From assembly GCA_046483985.1 (NCBI GenBank), contig JAWOCD010000004.1:18117-82116 (forward strand): a stretch of DNA of 64,000 bases, written 5' to 3'. Below the pieces are notes generated by a model, which saw nothing but the letters and a program-made list of their open reading frames with translations, was not told the DNA's origin and made no database searches. This document shows positions 48,516 to 57,739 of this stretch, piece after piece. The number at the start of each line of letters is the position of its first letter. Within the stretch, counting starts at the first letter, position 1. The position numbers and the translations under genes are program-made. The DNA comes from Promethearchaeia archaeon. Its GTDB lineage: Archaea; Asgardarchaeota; Lokiarchaeia; Sigyniarchaeales; SOKP01.

Positions 48516-49017
48516 TTTCTTTGGATCCTTTTTTTTTAATCTTTTTAAGCAAGTTTTTTAATTTATTAACCGATAAGTTGCCATATATTTTCCCATTAAT
48601 TACACATACCGGAGAGATTGCACAGCATCCCAAACATGCAACCACATCTAAGCTAAACATTTGATCGTCGGTAGTTTCACCAGGTGAAAGACCAAGAAAG
48701 TTTTCGACAAAATCCAAAATAAGCGGAGATCCTTTGACGTGACACGCAGTTCCATCACAAATCACAATATGATACTTTCCAGGTTGTTCAAACTTAAATT
48801 GGGTATAAAAGGTAGCAACGCCATAGACTTCAGCAAGTGGCATCTTTAATCTCTGTGCTATATATTCTAAGGCAAAACCAGGAAGATATAAATAAATATC
48901 CTGAATCTTTTGTAGAATTGAGATTAAATTACCACGTGTTGCCTCAAAAGACTGAAGGATATGATCAATTTTTTCTTTGTCTGTGTCAGATAACGTCTCT
49001 TCTTCTATTTGCGTCAA
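48502..49017 (-). CDS. NuoE/HydC(BfuC)-like 2Fe-2S subunit
   Basis: VATFY.QF, CDGTACHVKG, ACLGCC. Confidence 0.93.
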   Translation of the reverse strand: MTQIEEETLSDTDKEKIDHILQSFEATRGNLISILQKIQDIYLYLPGFALEYIAQRLKMPLAEVYGVATFYTQFKFEQPGKYHIVICDGTACHVKGSPLILDFVENFLGLSPGETTDDQMFSLDVVACLGCCAISPVCVINGKIYGNLSVNKLKNLLKKIKKKGSKENDAI

Positions 49018-49147
49018 AATTATAGATAAAACGAATTATTTTTCTTACAATTTGAAATTAATTGGATTAATTTAAATTTTTGATTATTAGTTTTAGTTAA
49101 AGAAATTAAAAAACTTATTTAGATAAATAATAACTTAAAATAATAAT

Positions 49148-50707
49148 ATGGATAAAATTATTGTGCTCGATTTTGGCGGTCAATATTGTCATTTAATTGC
49201 ACGACGCGTACGTGATTTAGGTGTCTATTCGGAAATATGTCCTTTTGATATTGAAATGACTGAATTAGAAGACTTAGATCCCAAAGGGATTATCTTATCG
49301 GGAGGTCCTAACAGCGTCTATAAAGAAGGCAGTCCGAAATTATCGAACGAATTTTACTCTTATATCGAGGCAAATGACATTCCAGTTCTTGGAATTTGTT
49401 ATGGGCTACATTTATTGGTACATCAATTAAAGGGAAAAATTGAGCCCCATAAACAGAAGGAATACGGAAAGACAAAATTAACCATTATAAATCCAGACAT
49501 CCTATTAAAGTCCCTTGACAAGAGGGAAATAGTTTGGATGTCCCATGGTGATCAAGTCACGGAGTTACCTCCTGGTTTCAAGGTGCTAGCACGGACCAAG
49601 ACATGTTCCATAGCCGCTTATGGACATCTCCAGAAAAAAATCTATGGTGTCCAATTCCACCCAGAAGTGGTTCACACCCCCCACGGAAATCAAATATTAG
49701 ACAATTTTGTTGCAAGAATTGCAAAGTGCAAAAAAGAGTGGAAACTGGAAGATTGGATCACTAAAAAGGTAAAAGAAATCCGAGACATCGTAGGATCTCA
49801 TAACCGAGTAATATTGGGGCTTAGCGGGGGGATAGATTCTTCCGTGGCGGCAGTTTTACTTCATAAAGCAATTGGGGATCGCTGCCATAGTATCTTTGTT
49901 AACAATGCGGTTTTGCGGAAACATGAGGAAATAGAAGTTCAACGGCAATTCGAGGAAAAGCTTCAATTCAAGAATTTTCATTATGTTGACGCCGAAGATC
50001 TCTTTCTTGACCGTTTGAGTGGGGTTGCAGATCCCGAAAAAAAGCGAGAAATTATTGGACATACGTTCATTGAAATTTTTGAAGAAAAGACCATCGAATT
50101 AGAAAAGAAATTTCCAGGTATCAAATTTTTAGCACAAGGAACAATTTATTCAGACAGAGTAGAAACAGCGACCACCAGCAAAAGCGCAGCTAAAATTAAA
50201 TCACACCATAATTTAACCTTGCCAGAGAATATGAAACTAGAAATAATTGAACCTCTGAAAGACATATATAAGGATGAGGTCCGTAAAATCGGTATAAAGC
50301 TCGGACTGAATGAGGAACTTGTGAAGCGACACCCGTTTCCCGGACCCGGTCTTGCTGTCAGATGCATAGGAAAGATTGATAAAAAAAAACTTGACATTCT
50401 TCGGGAAGCAGATCAAATTTTATTGGAGGAAATCCGGAAGGCAGGGCTTTATGATGAACTATGGCAGATCTTTTGCGTTTTTCTTCCTATAAAAACGGTT
50501 GGAATAATGGGCGACTTCCGAACCTATGAATACATCTGCGCCATACGGGGAGTCGAGTCACATGATGCCATGACCGCGAATTTTGCAAAAATACCTTGGG
50601 ATATTTTGGAACGAATATCCACGAGGATTATCAACGAAGTAAAAGGATTTAACAGAGTTGTCTATGATATCTCCAATAAACCCCCTAGCACAATTGAATT
50701 CGAATAA
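49148..50707 (+). CDS. guaA: GMP synthase (glutamine-hydrolysing), fused GATase and ATPPase
   Basis: LDFGGQY, GICYG, QFHPEV, SGGIDS, IKSHHN, HPFPGPG, KPPSTIEFE. Confidence 0.97.
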   Translation: MDKIIVLDFGGQYCHLIARRVRDLGVYSEICPFDIEMTELEDLDPKGIILSGGPNSVYKEGSPKLSNEFYSYIEANDIPVLGICYGLHLLVHQLKGKIEPHKQKEYGKTKLTIINPDILLKSLDKREIVWMSHGDQVTELPPGFKVLARTKTCSIAAYGHLQKKIYGVQFHPEVVHTPHGNQILDNFVARIAKCKKEWKLEDWITKKVKEIRDIVGSHNRVILGLSGGIDSSVAAVLLHKAIGDRCHSIFVNNAVLRKHEEIEVQRQFEEKLQFKNFHYVDAEDLFLDRLSGVADPEKKREIIGHTFIEIFEEKTIELEKKFPGIKFLAQGTIYSDRVETATTSKSAAKIKSHHNLTLPENMKLEIIEPLKDIYKDEVRKIGIKLGLNEELVKRHPFPGPGLAVRCIGKIDKKKLDILREADQILLEEIRKAGLYDELWQIFCVFLPIKTVGIMGDFRTYEYICAIRGVESHDAMTANFAKIPWDILERISTRIINEVKGFNRVVYDISNKPPSTIEFE

Positions 50708-50766
50708 AATTAATTGAAGCATAGAAATTCTAAACATAAAAATAAGCTATGTTTAAAAAAAAGTAT

Positions 50767-52440
50767 TTAATGGGTTAAATATTGTTCTTTTTTATTGTTA
50801 TAATTTCCAGAGTAGATCTCATTCTTGACTTGCTCCATATCAAGCGATTCTTGGGCTTGAATTCCTAAATTCCAATTTTTACAAACATCAATAGCTCGTT
50901 GAGAAATGCAAGCAATATCCTTTCTGTCCAAAAGATTCAAATTGAATTTACGTGTACCAGCTAAAAGTTGTTTGATCCCAATGCCCAATTTGCTGGCTAA
51001 GTATGTATACACACCGACGGCTGCGGGGGGTATCTTCTTATCGTGTTTTCTGGTCAATTCATCATATTCAACAAATGCTTCACTCAATGCTAACGTCTCT
51101 GGGTCTTTATCGGTTGGAAGGCCCAAATTGTTTAATAGGGCTTTATTAGCGTCATCATTTGCCACCACATCACCCACATATTTTGCTTTCATCGCAGCCG
51201 TTATGGGGGCTCTGGCCATCGCAATGCAATTCACATATGGCGCTCCCATAGCCAAAGCCTTAAACATTTGAGTTTCATTTGCAAATCCACCAGCCATCGC
51301 AATAGTGGGGATATCTGCATTTGGGTTTTTCTTTTTAATCATATCCAAGCAGCCGACCACCAATGCTTCCAAATATGCTGTAGGTATAGAACCTTCGTTC
51401 ATCATACTTACCGGGCTCATTCCCGTTCCCCCACCAGCTCCATCAAAGGTCATCCCATCCACTCCGCCTTCTACGCCCAATCTAATAATCCATGCAGTGG
51501 CAGCTGGACGGTAAGCTCCCGTTTTAATGAAGATATTCTTCGCACCCCCTTCTCGGATCGTATCAATCTCTTCCAACACTTCATTGGTTGTGGAAAGTCC
51601 AACTCTGCTATGGCGCTCAAAATCAGGAATTAGTCCCTTTTTCCACTGATCAATCACCAAGGGATCTGAAGGGTCAGGGATAACTAAATATCCTCTCTTT
51701 TGAAGTAATTGTGCCCTTTCTAAGGTTTTCAAGCGAACCTCTCCTCCAATTGCCTTTGCACCTTGTCCGAACTTGATTTCAAGAGACTCTACATCTAAAT
51801 CTGAAGTCACATAATCAAAAGCTCCCAGGCGTGTATCCTCCACGTTCTTCTGGACGATAATATCTCCGTGTTTCCCATCCCAATATTCTCGATACGTTTC
51901 TACCCGATTTTTCATATCTTCGGTATCAACGACTTGAGGATATGGATCTTTATCTAAAAAGGTTGCATTTTGATCCATGCCTACCACGTTTTCTCCTACA
52001 GTAATTGAAATTCCTGCTAAGGCAGCCCCCTTTGCCAACCCTTCCCAATTTTTCTTTGCAACTTGCGTGCTCCCCAGTCCCGCAATAACCAGAGGATTTT
52101 TTTGATCGATGTTTCCCCATTTAGTACTTACATCAGCATTGGGAAATATCACTTTATCTTCGTGTTCGGGAATTCCTTTGGCACCTCTGACTTCGAACTG
52201 AATCTGGAAATCACCATAACTAAAACCAAAATCTTTTGGAGTGCCAGCTGTTGAGCTTCCAAAATGTTCACGTAAAGGATACAAAACTTCACGTCCTCTT
52301 AGTGCACTCTTACTCACCTCACAAAAAACAGGACAATCTTCCAAGCAAATAGGACAGAGCCCTGACTCACAAGAGTCCTCAGCCCGTGTCCGTGTACCGA
52401 TCATACTGTTCCTGTGAGTAATCATATTGAACTTTGTCAT
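50767..52440 (-). CDS. FMN-binding glutamate synthase family protein (stand-alone)
   Basis: SGLC..C..DC...CE, EIKFGQGAK.IGGE, KTGAY, DGAGGGTGMSP, KALAMGAPY. Confidence 0.9.
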   Translation of the reverse strand: MTKFNMITHRNSMIGTRTRAEDSCESGLCPICLEDCPVFCEVSKSALRGREVLYPLREHFGSSTAGTPKDFGFSYGDFQIQFEVRGAKGIPEHEDKVIFPNADVSTKWGNIDQKNPLVIAGLGSTQVAKKNWEGLAKGAALAGISITVGENVVGMDQNATFLDKDPYPQVVDTEDMKNRVETYREYWDGKHGDIIVQKNVEDTRLGAFDYVTSDLDVESLEIKFGQGAKAIGGEVRLKTLERAQLLQKRGYLVIPDPSDPLVIDQWKKGLIPDFERHSRVGLSTTNEVLEEIDTIREGGAKNIFIKTGAYRPAATAWIIRLGVEGGVDGMTFDGAGGGTGMSPVSMMNEGSIPTAYLEALVVGCLDMIKKKNPNADIPTIAMAGGFANETQMFKALAMGAPYVNCIAMARAPITAAMKAKYVGDVVANDDANKALLNNLGLPTDKDPETLALSEAFVEYDELTRKHDKKIPPAAVGVYTYLASKLGIGIKQLLAGTRKFNLNLLDRKDIACISQRAIDVCKNWNLGIQAQESLDMEQVKNEIYSGNYNNKKEQYLTH

Positions 52441-52877
52441 AATTATAACACAATATTATTTTTTATATGTTTGATTAATTTTTTTATATATAGTAAACAA
52501 TACTTTTTTATATATTCTATTTATAATCTATATATTTATTCTAGATTGGTTATATTAGACTATATTAATTATACTAAACCCCGATAGTTCGTTAAAGAAG
52601 TCTAAATTTATTTATTGGAAACGATTATGGATTCATTATTTCTTAGAATTGAGCTTATCATTACAATTCCATTCATGTCGAATTTTTTTTTTTTTTGAAA
52701 TAAGATCCCAAAGAGCTTTTTCTCTTCTTCACATTCATGGAAGATAGATCGTCCTAAACTAAATCTTTCGCCACAAGAATTATATTATACTATATAACCA
52801 ATATAAATAATTCATTAGAGCTAGGTTTTTAACTATATACAAATTAAATGATACTAAAAATGAGTGGTGAGAATTTA

Positions 52878-53219
52878 ATGGATGACAATATGAAGGAATA
52901 TTTAAATAGCGTAAATAAGACATTTAAAACGTTAGGGAAGAAAAATCCAGAAGCAATTAAAGGTTTCAGAAAATTCATGGATGCGGTGAAGAGAGATGGG
53001 GCCCTTTCAGCAAAAATGAAGGAATTAATTGGGATCGCGCTCTCAGTTCAGAATCATTGCAAACATTGTGTGTCCTTCCACGTTAAAAAGGCATTAGATA
53101 AAGGAGCAACAGAAGATGAGATAATTGAGGCATGCATGACCGCTATTACATTAGGTGGGGGTCCATCGTTGATGTTCACCTCTTATGTTCTAAAAGCAAT
53201 AAAAGATTTTCAGAAATAA
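52878..53219 (+). CDS. Carboxymuconolactone decarboxylase/AhpD family protein
   Basis: GALSAKMKELI, C.HC..FH...A...GAT..EI.EA, GGGP; GGTGA SD before ATG 52878. Confidence 0.88.
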   Translation: MDDNMKEYLNSVNKTFKTLGKKNPEAIKGFRKFMDAVKRDGALSAKMKELIGIALSVQNHCKHCVSFHVKKALDKGATEDEIIEACMTAITLGGGPSLMFTSYVLKAIKDFQK

Positions 53220-53260
53220 AAAGAATAATAAAGCAGTTAAAATATCATGAGGGTTTAAAG

Positions 53261-53656
53261 ATGGTGGATTTCTTAAAAAAAGAGATGGATATGGACTTTG
53301 ACGAGGCTGTAAAGCATGTTGAGAAAGTTGTTCAAGAGGAAGGGTTTACCCTAATGCTTACAAAAGATGTTGATAAGATTTTCAAACAGAAATTAGGGGT
53401 AAAAGAGTACGATAGATATACTTTTATCTTGGCTTGTGCTCCTTCATATGCAAAGGCAGCACTGGATGTTTCGAAGAATGTTGGGCTTCTCTTTCCTTGC
53501 AGTTTCGTTGTATATGAAGATGGGGGAAAAGTTTTTGTCAGTCATGTGTCAATTATGAAAATTGCCCCAGAAGTTGGGTTAGCTCCAGAGGAGAAAATGG
53601 AGACCGTAATCGAGATGACAGGTAAGGGTGTTCATGCAGCGTGGGAACGGTTTTAA
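53261..53656 (+). CDS. DUF302 domain protein
   Basis: FDEAV, EGF, ILACAP, VGLLFPC..VVYE. Confidence 0.85.
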   Translation: MVDFLKKEMDMDFDEAVKHVEKVVQEEGFTLMLTKDVDKIFKQKLGVKEYDRYTFILACAPSYAKAALDVSKNVGLLFPCSFVVYEDGGKVFVSHVSIMKIAPEVGLAPEEKMETVIEMTGKGVHAAWERF

Positions 53657-53691
53657 AATATTTAAGTATCATAGAGGGTTAATATCTTATA

Positions 53692-53826
53692 ATGTCATCG
53701 GAAGAGAACATAAAATGCGATATGTGTGGGAAAGAAATTCCCGAGGATGAAGTACATTGGGTCCGGGGAGATCCTTACTGTAAGGAATGTTACAGGGAAG
53801 CTGAAGTTCTTTATGGAGATTTTTAG
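53692..53826 (+). CDS. 44-aa C4 zinc-finger microprotein (not in ORF track)
   Basis: MSSEENIKCDMCGKEIPEDEVHWVRGDPYCKECYREAEVLYGDF*. Confidence 0.7.
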   Translation: MSSEENIKCDMCGKEIPEDEVHWVRGDPYCKECYREAEVLYGDF

Positions 53827-53886
53827 GTCTCAGATGCTATAACGTGATTCCAGTTAGTAGTTAATTTTTATCTAAAACGTGGGAGT

Positions 53887-54360
53887 TCAATTTTTATTAT
53901 CTTTTTTCTTTTTATATTCTTCATTAGAAAATTCTAATAAATTTTTAGCAACAATTTCCCCTTTCTCTGTAAGTAACCAGTAGATATTAAACCTGCTATC
54001 GCCTCTTGATTTTTTCTTTTTTTTCGTGCCCACCGGTTTTACTAATTTGTATTTTTCTAACTTAGTAAAACTCTCCCGCAATTCCTCATCAGTGAATTTA
54101 AAGGACTCGTGTAAATCGTCCAAATCCATAGGCATACCTAACAGAGCGAACAATAGTTCTCTTTCTAAATCAGTAAACTTAAATTTTCCAATCTTTTTTT
54201 GTTTATACTTTATTCTTTTTCTCCATCTGGTAATCCTTATCTTCGGTGGTTTGAGTTCGTCCCTCTTATATTTTGATTCCTCAGACTCTTCCTTCGTTTC
54301 CTTAAATTCATCTTCCAATAATTTATCTGCTTCTTCTTTATACTTATCAAAATTATCCAT
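53887..54360 (-). CDS. Hypothetical protein with winged helix-turn-helix-like domain
   Basis: LTEKG wing motif, L.KLEKYKLV. Confidence 0.6.
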   Translation of the reverse strand: MDNFDKYKEEADKLLEDEFKETKEESEESKYKRDELKPPKIRITRWRKRIKYKQKKIGKFKFTDLERELLFALLGMPMDLDDLHESFKFTDEELRESFTKLEKYKLVKPVGTKKKKKSRGDSRFNIYWLLTEKGEIVAKNLLEFSNEEYKKKKDNKN

Positions 54361-54940
54361 TTTCTATCTCCTTCTTTAATTGTTTGGCTTTTTTTCTTTC
54401 TTTTCTAGGGAATTTATTTCCACATTCCTTACATCGTTTAACGGAAAAAGGATTGTAGGCGCCACATTCTACACATACAAGTAAAAAATCTTCCTTGGGA
54501 ATATTTGCATTTATTGCATTTATATTAAGATCAATTTTATTCAATAACTTCGATTCCATTTTTTTATTTTCAATTGATTTAATTAATGCATGGGCAATCT
54601 CCGCCCACGCAGAATCTTCTTCTTGGGCTTTAACAATTATATCAAGAGCTTTTTTTTCAAGGGAAACACATTTTCGATATTTCTGAATTTCAAAATAAAG
54701 ATACCCCAACAAGATAAATCCTTGATAATAAGAACTATCGGCAGATAATTGACGATGAAATGCTTCTATAATAAATGCCCTGATAAAGTCCGGAGTAAAA
54801 ATAAGTTCATCAGAATAGTAATCAGTCACTGAAGTATTAGGAGAAACTGAATAAAACAGATTGATTATTGAGTCTAAGATAATATCATTTTCCTTTTTTC
54901 CGAGCTTGATAATATATTTCAAAAGCTCTTGAGCTTTCAT
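54353..54940 (-). CDS. TPR-like protein with C-terminal zinc ribbon
   Basis: LGYLYFE...Y..C...KKAL; CVECG..N.....C.ECG; overlaps the next gene by 8 nt. Confidence 0.65.
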   Translation of the reverse strand: MKAQELLKYIIKLGKKENDIILDSIINLFYSVSPNTSVTDYYSDELIFTPDFIRAFIIEAFHRQLSADSSYYQGFILLGYLYFEIQKYRKCVSLEKKALDIIVKAQEEDSAWAEIAHALIKSIENKKMESKLLNKIDLNINAINANIPKEDFLLVCVECGAYNPFSVKRCKECGNKFPRKERKKAKQLKKEIENG

Positions 54941-55098
54941 ATTTGAATTAATGTCGTGATAATTATATATAAGTATAAAATTTAAAGAAAAAATGTTTGA
55001 ATATTCAAACAGAAAAATTCTTAAAAATTTAGGTTATTTATTTTAAAAAAATAATTTAATATTATATAATATTTCAAAAAAAGTAAGGAAGATCTTTA

Positions 55099-56220
55099 AT
55101 GCCGTTAGGGATTTTTATCGTTGGATGGAATGATAATTATGGAGCATACATAAAGGAAAGCCATCCAGATGATTTATTAAATGAATTCTCTGAAGACGAT
55201 TTATTGGCAATTTTCTCCTCCCATTCATTAGCAGAGTCTAGAGGGATTATTGGTTTAAAACTAGGTGATAATTCAATTTTAAGTTATTCTGCCGGCAGTA
55301 AAAATAAGAATGTTGAAGATCAATATGTAATTGGGCTAATTTTGAAGAATGATGAAAAAGCGAATTTATATGAAAAGATCTTACCAGAAATCAGTACATC
55401 TTTACTTAATAAAATAGATTCCCCGCAGTTAAATGAAACAATATCTCATACTTATCGTCTAACCACTAATATCAATAAATTTACACTAGAACAAAGATTT
55501 GCTCTTCTTTACAAGAACGATATACAGAATTTAATTCTAAATATTTTAAGAGATGGGGCGATTGACGAAGAATCCCTAATTAAGTGGATTTCACGTGAAT
55601 TAAAAATAAAAATAAACGACTTAGATGATGTAATCTCGCCGTTTGAGGATTTTAACTTATTGGTTAGAGAAAAGATAAGCGAAGATAGTAATTCTTCCAA
55701 AACCTATTATTTTCTTTTATATGATATTAGTTTAATGCGATTACCGGCAAAAAAGTGTATAGAAAATTTAAGAAAATTAGATATCAATCGGAAATTAAAA
55801 GAAAGCTATTTTAGTGCCGTTCAAAATTTTTTTAAACATTATGAAATTGGCCCTAAGGATATAAAACTCATTTCGAAATTAATCAGTAAACCTGAAGATT
55901 TCCAAATTATTGAGAAATTAAGAGAGAATTTTATCAGTAAGAAAAAATTAATCGAAACTTTGAATATTGACGAGAAGTATATTAATAAAGCCCTCGCCGA
56001 ATTAAAGCAAGCAAAGATTATACATACCTATCGAGACAGCAAGCAAATAACATGGATTTTTCTTTTAACGGATATACAAGGAAGTAAAGTATTTGCAGAG
56101 TATTTACTCGATAAAATTTATAGGAGCTTGAAAAGTAAGGAAATAAGTAAAAAAGTTGCATTACGACATCTTAAATTACTTAAAAATGAATATACTTCTA
56201 TCATCGAGAATTCAAGTTGA
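55099..56220 (+). CDS. Asgard-type protein with N-terminal longin/uDENN-like domain and wHTH-like repeats
   Basis: MPLGIFIVGWNDNYGAYI...P N-terminus; two HTH-like segments. Confidence 0.6.
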   Translation: MPLGIFIVGWNDNYGAYIKESHPDDLLNEFSEDDLLAIFSSHSLAESRGIIGLKLGDNSILSYSAGSKNKNVEDQYVIGLILKNDEKANLYEKILPEISTSLLNKIDSPQLNETISHTYRLTTNINKFTLEQRFALLYKNDIQNLILNILRDGAIDEESLIKWISRELKIKINDLDDVISPFEDFNLLVREKISEDSNSSKTYYFLLYDISLMRLPAKKCIENLRKLDINRKLKESYFSAVQNFFKHYEIGPKDIKLISKLISKPEDFQIIEKLRENFISKKKLIETLNIDEKYINKALAELKQAKIIHTYRDSKQITWIFLLTDIQGSKVFAEYLLDKIYRSLKSKEISKKVALRHLKLLKNEYTSIIENSS

Positions 56221-56347
56221 AGCACCCCCTAAAGGAAGGGGATTTCTACGAGTGCACTAAGAGTCCGCTGGTGGACATATCTTAGGGCTGTGCGCCATAG
56301 AAAACCCTCTCCATCTATCCAGAAATGATTCCTTCTTTCGCTATAAG
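56217..56347 (-). mobile_element. 131-nt internally deleted IS605-type element (left end plus right-end region)
   Basis: Minus strand TTTAA|cttatagcgaaagaag ... gaaatCCCCTtcctttAGGGGgtgctTCAA. Confidence 0.7.
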
Positions 56348-56447
56348 TTAAAAAAGGTGAATAAAAAGAGACTCTTTTTTAAATATGTTACGAAAATAAA
56401 AAAATAATAAAGAGTATTAGACCTATATTTCTTGGGTTTTTCAATGT

Positions 56448-56840
56448 TTAAAAACTTATCTCTCTTTCACTCTGCCAAAGTCCATGGATATTACAATATG
56501 AAAACGCGATTAATTTGCCCGGTTTTTCGGTCTTAAGGGAAACTACTGTTGCTGGCTCGGTATAGACTGTACTTGTGTCTGGACCTTCTACAGATTCTCC
56601 ATGTGCATTAAATTCAAATCTCCCCAACTCATAAGGGAATTTTTCTCCTTCTGGTAAAAAGAGTGCTTTAATCCATCGGATATGATGTTCTGTAGTATTG
56701 GGATGATGAATTTCCTTTCCAATCATTAATTTAATATCAAATGGATCCCCTTTAACAGGGTTACCTAATATTTCAATCACAGGGCTATGCTTTTCTTCTT
56801 TCCAATCGGCACTTTGATATAATTCGTTTAAATCTGACAT
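56448..56840 (-). CDS. Superoxide reductase (neelaredoxin / class II SORL)
   Basis: EKH.P, HPNTTEHHIRWI, YCNIHGLW. Confidence 0.92.
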   Translation of the reverse strand: MSDLNELYQSADWKEEKHSPVIEILGNPVKGDPFDIKLMIGKEIHHPNTTEHHIRWIKALFLPEGEKFPYELGRFEFNAHGESVEGPDTSTVYTEPATVVSLKTEKPGKLIAFSYCNIHGLWQSEREISF

Positions 56841-57341
56841 TATTTAATCACTTTTCGATTTTTTATTTACCTTTTTTGAATGGATCATATACCTTACAAT
56901 TAGATCCTAACTCCTTTTAAATATGATTTTTATGAATTATGTATTGCGCAAAATTATAAGATATATAAAAAAAAAACCGCATAAAAACTACGGTCCAATT
57001 AAAATTACAAAAATGGACTATAGGGCAATCAATTATTCCATCAAAGCATAGAAAAAACCACGGTTCTTGGAGAAAAGGAAAGAAAAAATAATACCGCCTG
57101 AATATATTGATCAGTTACTTGACTTCGCCCATAAGGGCAGAAGATCCAATAGATTGTCCGTCTTTCCAAATTGAAGATTGGCGAAAAGAAAAAGAGAGGA
57201 TCAAGGGCATTGTCGGCTTGTCCCGATATGTCCAGACATTTTCTGACTATCTTCATAAATAATTCAAATACAATATTTTTATATAATTAGTAAAACTAAG
57301 GAATACATACAATTCAAGAATATCAAACATAAGGAATAAAA

Positions 57342-57629
57342 ATGACATTAGGAAAAATTCCAATTCGCTTGGATAAAATTAGGAAAGAAGATATCGACAA
57401 ACAAATTTTGAGAACTGGCATACTGGCTGAACTTGACGCGATCAACTTATATGAACAAATGGCAAATTTAACGGAAAATACAGATTTAAAACAAGTTTTA
57501 TTGGATATCGCAAAAGAAGAAAAAGAACATGTTGGAGAGTTCGAATACCTGCTTCATAAGCTAGATAAGCAACAAGCTGAAGAGTCTGAAGAGGGTAAAA
57601 AAGAGGTAAAGGAGCTCTTAGGGGAATAA
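57342..57629 (+). CDS. Short ferritin-like (EncFtn/rubrerythrin-type) protein
   Basis: AELDAINLYEQ, DIAKEEKEHVGE. Confidence 0.85.
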   Translation: MTLGKIPIRLDKIRKEDIDKQILRTGILAELDAINLYEQMANLTENTDLKQVLLDIAKEEKEHVGEFEYLLHKLDKQQAEESEEGKKEVKELLGE

Positions 57630-57739
57630 TAAATCTATTTATCAACACCACCTTTTATTTTTTATTTTATTGTATTACACTTCTGAAAGGGGTATTTTCA
57701 TTTACTTTAAATAAAAAGAAAAAAATTATGTAGAAGAGA

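Noticed and set aside
52683-52696. T14 homopolymer
   Set aside because: Intergenic, no evident functional position, and may reflect sequencing error.
57041-57262. 71-aa minus ORF and plus-strand coding-like fragments
   Set aside because: Probably a decayed gene, but the family cannot be identified.
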